IMG/VR virus record: IMGVR_UViG_3300037882_003354
Span: 248,001-312,000 of that record
Length of the DNA stretch: 64,000 nucleotides
Direction: 5' to 3' (one strand)
Part shown: positions 10,076 to 17,845 of the stretch, one piece after another
Layout: each line of letters begins with the position of its first letter
Numbering within the stretch: position 1 is the first letter of the stretch
The notes under the pieces: generated by a model
Databases searched by the model: none
Seen by the model: the letters and a program-made list of their open reading frames with translations, nothing else
Told to the model about the DNA's origin: nothing
Translations under genes and position numbers: made by a program

Positions 10076-10923
10076 GTGCCCCATGCGTTGCGGAACAAAG
10101 GCACCTGCAATCGATCACTATATCGCAGTCCATGCTGCATGGCCAATTCGGCCACACGACGATTGTTCAGTGTGTATACACTTTCCACACCACCCACGGG
10201 CATGAGATAGATGGGTCCACGAAATCCAGCAGCACGATATTCAGCCGAGGCTTCCAAGGCATCAGCTACATCTGTTTCAGTGGCCACCACAAACTTCAGG
10301 TATGCATAACCCACCTGTTCATATTCGCAGACAACTTCCGGACGAATGGCATCCTCCCAGTTTTCACCACTGCATGGCAGTTTGGCACTGACTGAGAATG
10401 TGACCTCACCACCAGCGCCGTGTGGAAACTGCGCCTGATTCCAGGCTTGCAAGTACTCTTTAAATTCCTTGGTCAATCGCTGAGTGCCGTTGGTCTCAAA
10501 AGTAATCTCTTTTAGATTCTTCATCTTGGCATGCGCCAGCAAGTCAGGATAGGCCCGTTGCCAACCCAGCAAGGGCTCACCGCCTGTGATCACCAGGTGC
10601 TCATCACGCCATTCGCCGAACGGTAAAATTTCCATGATGCGGTCGGCGATGGCATCAGTGGTCAGCATGGGACTCAGATGTTTGAACTCCGGCATCCAGG
10701 AGGCGAAGGAGTCGCATCCTGACTTGACCAAGGGCAGGTCGTTGTATGTTTTATAATCTGCGATCTTGATCGCATGACGCTCTTGACTGGCTTCACCTGG
10801 CAGCATGCCAAATCCGTCACAGGTAAAATTACAACCAAATGTTCTCAAGAACACGGAGGGAACGCCCATATAACGTCCCTCTCCCTGGATTGAATAGAAT
10901 AATTCGCTTACTTTAATCTTCAT
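10072..10923 (-). CDS. queE: 7-carboxy-7-deazaguanine synthase (radical SAM QueE)
   Basis: KVSELFYSIQGEG, VFLRTFGCNFTC...GCDS, VITGGEPLL, ETNGT, VSAKL, YSDRLQV. Confidence 0.9.
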   Translation of the reverse strand: MKIKVSELFYSIQGEGRYMGVPSVFLRTFGCNFTCDGFGMLPGEASQERHAIKIADYKTYNDLPLVKSGCDSFASWMPEFKHLSPMLTTDAIADRIMEILPFGEWRDEHLVITGGEPLLGWQRAYPDLLAHAKMKNLKEITFETNGTQRLTKEFKEYLQAWNQAQFPHGAGGEVTFSVSAKLPCSGENWEDAIRPEVVCEYEQVGYAYLKFVVATETDVADALEASAEYRAAGFRGPIYLMPVGGVESVYTLNNRRVAELAMQHGLRYSDRLQVPLFRNAWGT

Positions 10924-11248
10924 GTTTTAATCCGTCCATAATGACTTTACGTTCTCTATTGTACACTTCTCTATTTAGAAAAGCAAGAAACTCTTCGTAC
11001 TCCATGTGCTCTGCATGCTTTAGCAGATTCTTGCAGGCCAGGTAGTAGTATCTGCGACGAGCAGACTTGGTGACACCCTTGGCACTCTCCACGGTGATCT
11101 GGAATGTACGTACCAACACGTCAGCGGCCTCGCTGGGTTTGCCATGCCATTCAACATCACCGTCATTGGTAATAACTAACACTGGTTCGCTTTGAGCGTT
11201 GTTGAATGTAAATGCAGAAGTATGGATATTGGTATAGGTTGGAGTCAT
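10913..11248 (-). CDS. Hypothetical protein
   Basis: Start re-picked to MTPTY at 11248; the longer version overlaps the HIT gene. Confidence 0.6.
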   Translation of the reverse strand: MTPTYTNIHTSAFTFNNAQSEPVLVITNDGDVEWHGKPSEAADVLVRTFQITVESAKGVTKSARRRYYYLACKNLLKHAEHMEYEEFLAFLNREVYNRERKVIMDGLKHED

Positions 11249-11276
11249 GGTGCCAACCCAGTTGCCCTGTACATGA

Positions 11277-11672
11277 TTACAGTTTTTTATATTGTGGTGA
11301 TCGATAGTTGCCTTGGCCCGGTATCGTATTACGCACGCCGCCCACCGGATCCGAGACATCGCCTGTTCTACGTGGGATAAGATGTATATGGGGCCAACTA
11401 ACAGTTTGACCAGCAGCCTGGCCTTGATTAATTCCCACGTTAAATGCATGCCATTCTCCTGATTCCACTTGTTGTTTGCCATATCTGACTGCATCTTCAA
11501 ATGCATTGGTCAAGATTGCCATGGTGTTATATTTAGGTACAAATAATAGATGCCCAGGAGTCACTGGGTATCGATCTCGATACACGGCCACATGAAAATC
11601 TTCCCGTACTAGGTCGTCCCAGGGTGCATCGCTATCGGACAGATGTTCAGGACCATCAAAAACTTTAATCAT
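11277..11672 (-). CDS. HIT family nucleotide hydrolase
   Basis: YPVTPGHLLFVPK, GQAAGQTV, HIHLIPRR. Confidence 0.9.
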   Translation of the reverse strand: MIKVFDGPEHLSDSDAPWDDLVREDFHVAVYRDRYPVTPGHLLFVPKYNTMAILTNAFEDAVRYGKQQVESGEWHAFNVGINQGQAAGQTVSWPHIHLIPRRTGDVSDPVGGVRNTIPGQGNYRSPQYKKL

Positions 11673-12406
11673 ACAATTTCCTCTAAGGTTGGTGAATAGT
11701 TGCCACGATGTTGCACCGTGATGCTGGCCACACGAGTGGCAAATTTAATGGCACCGGTGATGTCGTGACCATTTTCCAGGTACTTGTAGGTCAGCGCAGA
11801 CAGGAAGGTGTCCCCTGCACCGCATACATCACTGACTTCTACCAGGGGTGCAGGATACGTTTCATTCTGGTATCGAGCACCTGATGCACCCAGGGTGACG
11901 ATCAGGTCATCACAATGGGATGTTGCCTGGTTGAACTCCTGATTATTAATTTTGACAAATGCTCCACTGAATCTGGCAAGATCCGTCTTCTTGGTATCAA
12001 TGAACACTGGTCCAGGGAAGTTGTGAATCACGTGTTCTATATGTTGGTAAGACAGGAAACCCTTGTTGTAGTCGGAAATCACCACAGCATCGTAATATTC
12101 CCAGGGCTTGCTCACAGAGCCTTTCCAGGCGTCAATGTTGCCCTCGTCATCCACACGCAACAGATGTTGGCCCGATCGATCATCAATGTATCTGGTCTTG
12201 GTGATGATGGTTTGGTTGCTGATGAATGTGACATCACAATCCAAATTCAGCAGGTTTTCAAGTACATTGGCTGCCATGCCCGGCACTGTGTAGTATTCTC
12301 GGATTTTCATCACAGGAACTGGTGCTTCTGGACTCAAACGATCGCATGACCCAATGTAGTATTCGTCAGTGCACTGATCCCCCAGGAGTAAAATTTTAAA
12401 TGACAT
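11669..12406 (-). CDS. PfkB-family sugar kinase, HldE/RfaE kinase-domain-like (heptose-7-phosphate kinase)
   Basis: RLSPEAPVPV, GMAANV, SDYNKG, DVCGAGDTF. Confidence 0.85.
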   Translation of the reverse strand: MSFKILLLGDQCTDEYYIGSCDRLSPEAPVPVMKIREYYTVPGMAANVLENLLNLDCDVTFISNQTIITKTRYIDDRSGQHLLRVDDEGNIDAWKGSVSKPWEYYDAVVISDYNKGFLSYQHIEHVIHNFPGPVFIDTKKTDLARFSGAFVKINNQEFNQATSHCDDLIVTLGASGARYQNETYPAPLVEVSDVCGAGDTFLSALTYKYLENGHDITGAIKFATRVASITVQHRGNYSPTLEEIV

Positions 12407-12412
12407 GATGCC

Positions 12413-12913
12413 TCACTTGGTCCACCAATTTTCCCAGGTGTATTCAATCCAGACGTCGTCTTCCATCTTGTTGATTTCCATGCCAGCGTAATACACGCCC
12501 ACCTGGCAGTCACTGGCCAAGTTGTCAACAACAGTGGCAAATCTAACATTTTCATTCCAGACTTTTTCCCAGCGATCACAATCGTTGGGGTGACAAAGAG
12601 TGGGCCAGTCTTTCATGATCCAGTTGAGAGTGGCACCGGTATCGTTGATGTCGTCGACGACTAGTATTCGTTTGCCATCGTATGCATCCTCGGCCATGCC
12701 ACAGTCACTGACGGTGTCACCGCCATCCCGTAGACTGACGTTCAACGCCTTCATGGGCACACCCAGATAGTGGCTGATCATCACAGCGGGCAGCAGTCCG
12801 CCACGAGTGATACCCACCACATAATCGGGCCGCCACTCAGACACCACAATTTGCCTGCAAATATTGGATATCAGCGACTGAAATTTTACATGATCAATAA
12901 TGAGTTTTTTCAT
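12413..12913 (-). CDS. Purine phosphoribosyltransferase (Gpt/Hpt-like)
   Basis: VVGITRGGLLPA; PRPP loop ILVVDDINDTGAT. Confidence 0.85.
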   Translation of the reverse strand: MKKLIIDHVKFQSLISNICRQIVVSEWRPDYVVGITRGGLLPAVMISHYLGVPMKALNVSLRDGGDTVSDCGMAEDAYDGKRILVVDDINDTGATLNWIMKDWPTLCHPNDCDRWEKVWNENVRFATVVDNLASDCQVGVYYAGMEINKMEDDVWIEYTWENWWTK

Positions 12914-13245
12914 GATCGCTTGAGTGACTCCATGGTGATAATTTTATCCAGCTCTCGGCCAAAATCTTGATCACTGGTGATGACATACAGCCCAGTGGTA
13001 TTTCGATCGTGGTTATGATCGTAACGCTGCGTTTCCACGATCCTGCCACCAGTGGCCTGAAATACATGAAAACGCAGAGCACGTTCACGCTCCAGTGTAA
13101 TACTACCCGCTTCACTATCACGTGGAGGGCTACTCAGATACTTTGACTGTGACCTTTTGTTTGAGACTGAGATTATGTCTCGACGTTCGTCAGCATCGTA
13201 TGCTGATCGGCACTTGCGATTGAGCCAATTAAAAAACCAGTTCAT
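12910..13245 (-). CDS. Hypothetical protein
   Basis: 111-aa ORF in the operon. Confidence 0.7.
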   Translation of the reverse strand: MNWFFNWLNRKCRSAYDADERRDIISVSNKRSQSKYLSSPPRDSEAGSITLERERALRFHVFQATGGRIVETQRYDHNHDRNTTGLYVITSDQDFGRELDKIITMESLKRS

Positions 13246-13247
13246 GT

Positions 13248-14330
13248 TTATTCCTTTACAATATTATCGATCATAACACCGGCATTGAGATACTGTTCAA
13301 TTAGAATTTTACGCTGTTTGTCCAACGCATGCAAGTATTTTTCACGATTGTGAATACGCTCGCTGATAAACTCCACAACATCTGCGCGATGCAGTTCATA
13401 TGCTGCCACACTCTCGGTCCAGGCACTGGGATACTTGAATTCCGGCAGATACATTTCAGCATAACTGCATCGATCTGGCAACACGGGAATAACTCCAGCC
13501 AGCACACCTTCCATGATGCTGATGCCCAGATTTTCATGCAACGCACAACTGAAAATAATCTTGCTCCGACTCAACATCTGGTAATACTCGTCTTTGCTGA
13601 GATTCAACTTCTGCGTGATGACCATTCGGGACACCTGACACAGGTCAAATACCTGAGCTAGATCCTCAGCAATGTCAGGTTGCTTGTCGGCATTATACCT
13701 GTGCGGCCACATGACCAAATTGTCCGGATCTTTCTGCACATGGGCATATTGCGTCATAGCATCTACAATCATGCCATGCGGTTGTCCACTGCGCACAGCA
13801 CGATACTGTTCGCCAATGTCAATTTTTAGATTACGGAGGAACATGTCCTTGTGAAAGTCAGTGGCATAGTAATTGTACTTGCAACTATGGAACCAACTGC
13901 TCTCTGCCTGCCAGGGCCAGGGTTTTTGCATTTTGTATCCCAGGATGTCTGTGGGATCGTATGCTCCAGCATGCCAGATGGCATGTAGTTCCCAATCTTG
14001 TCCCATCAAGTCTCGCATGTATGCAATTTGCGTGATACACGGATTCCAAGCATCAGTAAACAGGATTTTGTCATTAGTGGTGACATTACCTGCATCCAAC
14101 TGGGTTATAAAGTTGCACAATTGAGTGCTTTTCCAAAAGTTTGTATCGGAAAAATTTAAAAATGCACCTGCTGTGACTTGCGTGGTACGTTGAACGCCAT
14201 CCAGCTGAATTACGGTAAACTTGTCGCCTGCTGCCTGAGCGAGTACTTGAGGAATGTTCTGATGCCATTGCATGGTATATCTGGAATCCAAGGGCTCCAG
14301 TGCAAAGATCCAAATGTTGGGTTTGTTCAT
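13248..14330 (-). CDS. GT-B glycosyltransferase, GTDC1/QTMAN (DUF3524)-like
   Basis: WPHRYNADKQPD, SKDEYYQML, SCALHENLGISIMEG, PVLPDRCSYAEM; GT-B E-x7-E sugar-nucleotide motif. Confidence 0.75.
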   Translation of the reverse strand: MNKPNIWIFALEPLDSRYTMQWHQNIPQVLAQAAGDKFTVIQLDGVQRTTQVTAGAFLNFSDTNFWKSTQLCNFITQLDAGNVTTNDKILFTDAWNPCITQIAYMRDLMGQDWELHAIWHAGAYDPTDILGYKMQKPWPWQAESSWFHSCKYNYYATDFHKDMFLRNLKIDIGEQYRAVRSGQPHGMIVDAMTQYAHVQKDPDNLVMWPHRYNADKQPDIAEDLAQVFDLCQVSRMVITQKLNLSKDEYYQMLSRSKIIFSCALHENLGISIMEGVLAGVIPVLPDRCSYAEMYLPEFKYPSAWTESVAAYELHRADVVEFISERIHNREKYLHALDKQRKILIEQYLNAGVMIDNIVKE

Positions 14331-14337
14331 TTATTTG

Positions 14338-14344
14338 ATAAATA
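14338..14344 (+). promoter_or_regulatory. T4-type late promoter core ATAAATA
   Basis: Lies 5 nt before the ATG at 14350 of a lone + strand gene. Confidence 0.55.
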
Positions 14345-14349
14345 TTTAC

Positions 14350-14601
14350 ATGCGTATCAAAGAATTACTTGCCGAAAAAACCATTGCAGCACCCACTGCC
14401 AGTCAGTGTCAGGTCAAACGGCTGAGTAATGTTCGTTATTCTCAATGTGTGGCACGTGGGCTCAAAGCTCATGACAGTGAGCACACTGATGGCACTGGTA
14501 CACAAGGTGTTAAAGGCAGTGGCCGGCATCTTCGTGGACGCAAAGTCAAGAGCACCAAGTACGGTGGTAGTTTAAAATACTATCCGGGCAGTCGGGAATA
14601 A
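14350..14601 (+). CDS. Small basic protein with capsid-targeting-like leader
   Basis: Start re-picked to MRIKELLAE; lone counter-oriented gene behind an ATAAATA box. Confidence 0.65.
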   Translation: MRIKELLAEKTIAAPTASQCQVKRLSNVRYSQCVARGLKAHDSEHTDGTGTQGVKGSGRHLRGRKVKSTKYGGSLKYYPGSRE

Positions 14602-14604
14602 GAT

Positions 14605-14844
14605 TCAAAAATCGCTCGACTGTTGTGCCGATTGAGCAGCCCGCTGCTCCCTGCGTGCCTTGCGCTCGTGGTATTCTTGAGCACGTTGAAAATCCCGATA
14701 TGCATCGGACTTGTACATGTCCTTGGGTTCAAATGGCAGTAGATTGAACCTGCAGTGATCCAGCCAATTTTCCAGATCATCAAAGATCTTGGAAACTTCA
14801 GGCTTCATCTTGAGGGTCTTCTGAATGTAGTGTGGCAGTGCCAT
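14605..14844 (-). CDS. Hypothetical protein
   Basis: Start re-picked to MALPHY at 14844. Confidence 0.6.
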   Translation of the reverse strand: MALPHYIQKTLKMKPEVSKIFDDLENWLDHCRFNLLPFEPKDMYKSDAYRDFQRAQEYHERKARREQRAAQSAQQSSDF

Positions 14845-14860
14845 GATTTTATTACCTTGA

Positions 14861-15325
14861 TTAAATTGTGATAGATTGAATTGGGCGAGAAGTGTTATAT
14901 CTAACGATGCATCCGTTCTCACCATCCTCGGACACCTCGATTTCTACCTCACGACGTGGATAGCGTGTGGCAATTTGCTCATAAAGATCGTCTGCGATCA
15001 TCTCGCAACTTTTATGATCCAATGACAATACTGCTTGGGAGTTTGAGTACAAATCTTCCAGCCAGCGTTTAAATTGAATAAATTCAATTTCCCGGTCATC
15101 ATGAAATACTTCAATAGCCACCCGGAAGTGAAAAATATGTCGATGCGGGGTTGCCAGGAATGACACATCATATCGGTCACCAGTGGCCAGTGCAGGATCT
15201 GTGGCAGCCGCTGGGTAGCAATGGATGCCTTCCTTGGCAAAAGTCACCCAAATTTTACGATTTGCCGAATTTCGAATTCGATTTCGTTGTTCTTGTAGCG
15301 CCAGGTTATGTTGTTCTTCAATCAT
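14861..15325 (-). CDS. QueD-like T-fold protein (QueD or DpdL-type)
   Basis: EGIHCYP, PHRHIFHFRV (HxH metal site), KSCEMIADDL, VSEDGENG. Confidence 0.7.
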   Translation of the reverse strand: MIEEQHNLALQEQRNRIRNSANRKIWVTFAKEGIHCYPAAATDPALATGDRYDVSFLATPHRHIFHFRVAIEVFHDDREIEFIQFKRWLEDLYSNSQAVLSLDHKSCEMIADDLYEQIATRYPRREVEIEVSEDGENGCIVRYNTSRPIQSITI

Positions 15326-15352
15326 ATGTTAAACGTAGGTTAGTAAGTAATT

Positions 15353-15381
15353 AGTATACAGGAAAACAGGTGATCAGTCAA
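15353..15381 (-). promoter_or_regulatory. sigma70-type promoter
   Basis: TTGACT-17 nt-TATACT on the minus strand. Confidence 0.75.
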
Positions 15382-15402
15382 GTTACTCCTGATCACCATG
15401 GT

Positions 15403-17040
15403 TCATTCGTCCAGGCTGTCTTCAAGACCCCTGAGTTTGTCGTCATCACGATTGGCAAAATCAATCTCATCTTGCGAAGTGTGTTCGAAATCAAACAAGT
15501 TGTTGAATGTGGTTGGCACTGGGCCAGTGGACCATGAACCGGCCAGATCGCACAAGAACGAATCTGCTTGTTCAATCATGTCAAATGCTTCCTGCTTGGT
15601 CTTGGTTTCAAAAAGTTCTGCAACAAACCGATTGAAATACAAAATATTACGTGGAACCCACACGCTGTATTCGTCCATGTTGGACTCTTTGGCGTTCAAC
15701 TTCCTCCAATGACGCCAATCGGGCAATTCGCGAGCGCATTCCATGTCCATGAGATGGTTTGCACGTTGTATTGCGGCAATATGTGAATAGACATTGTGTC
15801 CCATCATGAGTGCATATGCAAAACTATCCCAGGAAGTTCTGTTGGGAATCTTGTCCAGCTTGTTAAGCCGAGGGACAACCTTATAATGTTTTTTATTCAA
15901 GTGATCAAACTTTACCTGATTGTCCTGGTCATCTTTGCCCAGTTCCTTGTCTGTCTTGCGTACACCCAGGTCGTAATAACAGATGTCGCCCATGGTCAAC
16001 CGTCGACCGATTTCGCTTTCGAATGGGAATGGAATGTCGCTTCCTGCAAGTGCCTTGTTGTCAGGGGCTTTTTCCATAATAACACTCCAACGCTTTGCTG
16101 TATGTTGCGAGTTGGTGTAGACGAGTCCATATGCCGTGGCGACAAATGGGGATGCGCAGTCAAAAGAGATGGTAACGTCTTCATTAATGTGTTTCCTGAT
16201 TTGTCGTTGAATAGCAGTTAAGTAGCAGGCCCAATCCATCTGGGCAGTGCCCAGGAAGTGGATCCAGTTTTTGCCCTTGAGCAAACCATCTTCTCTCAGG
16301 GTCATCAAACGCTTGAGTGTGATGTCCATGTCACTCTTGGTACCGCTGCCAAATGCCCAGCCGTCAGCAGCACGATCACCCCATACCGCAGGATCACTAT
16401 ACTCCTTGACTCCGTTGTACCATTTTTCAGTCAGTTCCCAATCATCACCCTGCAAGACATTGAGTAACTTGGTCTTGCCCAGGCGGTTCTTGAGGAAATA
16501 CTCGTTGTTGAATCTGGTCTTTTCCAGACAGTCTTCAAACGTCTTCAATCCAGTCTTGGGACCGTGAGTTTCATCGCAAGCCCAGGTGGGAACGTCCAAC
16601 ATCATGGACCAATCTGCAGTTTCTTCCAACCAATACAAGATGTCATCTCGCATTTTATTGGCAGCCGCACCTTCAAAGTCTCTGAAGTCAAATTTAAGCA
16701 CACCCTTGCCGATCTGGAATCCACCGGAGTCACCCAGGATCAGCGTGTTGTTGCGATCTCGTTGTTGCACCATGGACTCCTGTGTGTAACTCTTCTTGAG
16801 ATCCAGTTGTGCGTGACCTGCCGAATACAGACCGTATTTGTAGGAAAAATATCCTTGTTCAGGATTCAGGAAGTTTAGTCCTTCAACTCCGCGATCAAAG
16901 CCGGCTGGCATGCGTGATGCAGGAACAAAATCTTCCAGGCGTTGTTTTGCTATGTAAGTTCCATAGAAGCCACTGATGGCCGGCAGGAAAATAGCGTAGT
17001 CTTTTTGCGACTCTGTTAGATTGATTGGTGGATTACTCAT
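15403..17040 (-). CDS. dpdA: TGT-fold transglycosylase, DpdA-like (7-deazaguanine insertion)
   Basis: Ordered TGT motifs GDSGGFQ, MMLDVP, NVLQG, GWAFG, HFLG, FDCASP, GHN. Confidence 0.8.
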   Translation of the reverse strand: MSNPPINLTESQKDYAIFLPAISGFYGTYIAKQRLEDFVPASRMPAGFDRGVEGLNFLNPEQGYFSYKYGLYSAGHAQLDLKKSYTQESMVQQRDRNNTLILGDSGGFQIGKGVLKFDFRDFEGAAANKMRDDILYWLEETADWSMMLDVPTWACDETHGPKTGLKTFEDCLEKTRFNNEYFLKNRLGKTKLLNVLQGDDWELTEKWYNGVKEYSDPAVWGDRAADGWAFGSGTKSDMDITLKRLMTLREDGLLKGKNWIHFLGTAQMDWACYLTAIQRQIRKHINEDVTISFDCASPFVATAYGLVYTNSQHTAKRWSVIMEKAPDNKALAGSDIPFPFESEIGRRLTMGDICYYDLGVRKTDKELGKDDQDNQVKFDHLNKKHYKVVPRLNKLDKIPNRTSWDSFAYALMMGHNVYSHIAAIQRANHLMDMECARELPDWRHWRKLNAKESNMDEYSVWVPRNILYFNRFVAELFETKTKQEAFDMIEQADSFLCDLAGSWSTGPVPTTFNNLFDFEHTSQDEIDFANRDDDKLRGLEDSLDE

Positions 17041-17050
17041 GTTTTATCGA

Positions 17051-17785
17051 TTAAGCCTGTGCTGGGATGATGTACTTGTAGACTGCCAGTCCGCTGTCCA
17101 GTGTAATTTGCATGGCGCCTTCGTTGCTGAAACTCATCTTGGCATTATTGGCATCTGCAATTTTTAGAATGGCCAGAATGCTGGACACTGGCCAAGTCCA
17201 GGTCTTGTTGACCTTGCCAGTGACACCAGTGGCAAATACAAACTCACCACCATGTGAACTCACATCACCGAATGTAAAGATCAACTTGTCGCCATCTGTC
17301 TTGGCCAGGAATGTGGTGTGCTCAGTATTGGCACCAGCCTGGAATTGGAATCGCTGGATGGCAGCAACTGTGGGCTCAACTTCCACATCCCACTTGACGC
17401 CGCGAAACTTCACAGTCTTGAGCTTTTCGTTGATAATGTCCTGGTTCATGAAGCGATAGTCGTTCTTGAAGTCTCCATCTTTATTTTCAAAGTGCAGCCC
17501 CACCGGAATGGTATCGCCATTACGATCAGCCATGGTAACTTCAATCTTGGCATCCTCTTGATATTCCTTGCCGTCCAGCAAATAACGCAGTTTGTCCAAC
17601 TGCGGCATGCCAAACGTGCCAATCATGTCGGGATAGGGATTGGTTGTTTCACTGTACATGATTACCGATCGATCATCGGCCATGGAATCCACCAGCGTCT
17701 TGTCCTCTGTGCCTGTAATTTTTACAATGTTCAAGAACCCCAGTTTATTTGTATGTGCCACGATGTCTTGTAAGATGTCTTTCAT
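17051..17785 (-). CDS. Probable DNA polymerase sliding clamp (gp45/PCNA-like)
   Basis: 244 aa, alternating beta/alpha pattern, C-terminal YKYIIPAQ, immediately downstream of polB. Confidence 0.55.
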   Translation of the reverse strand: MKDILQDIVAHTNKLGFLNIVKITGTEDKTLVDSMADDRSVIMYSETTNPYPDMIGTFGMPQLDKLRYLLDGKEYQEDAKIEVTMADRNGDTIPVGLHFENKDGDFKNDYRFMNQDIINEKLKTVKFRGVKWDVEVEPTVAAIQRFQFQAGANTEHTTFLAKTDGDKLIFTFGDVSSHGGEFVFATGVTGKVNKTWTWPVSSILAILKIADANNAKMSFSNEGAMQITLDSGLAVYKYIIPAQA

Positions 17786-17807
17786 GTTAATTTCCTTTGA
17801 TTAAGTT

Positions 17808-17836
17808 AGTATAGATATTTTTGTTGACCATGTCAA
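17808..17836 (-). promoter_or_regulatory. sigma70-type promoter
   Basis: TTGACA-17 nt-TATACT on the minus strand. Confidence 0.8.
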
Positions 17837-17845
17837 TGTTTAATT

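Noticed and set aside
11249-11506. N-terminal extension of the 10913 ORF as a real overlapping gene
   Set aside because: Lies in another frame of the HIT gene; a downstream ATG gives a non-overlapping gene
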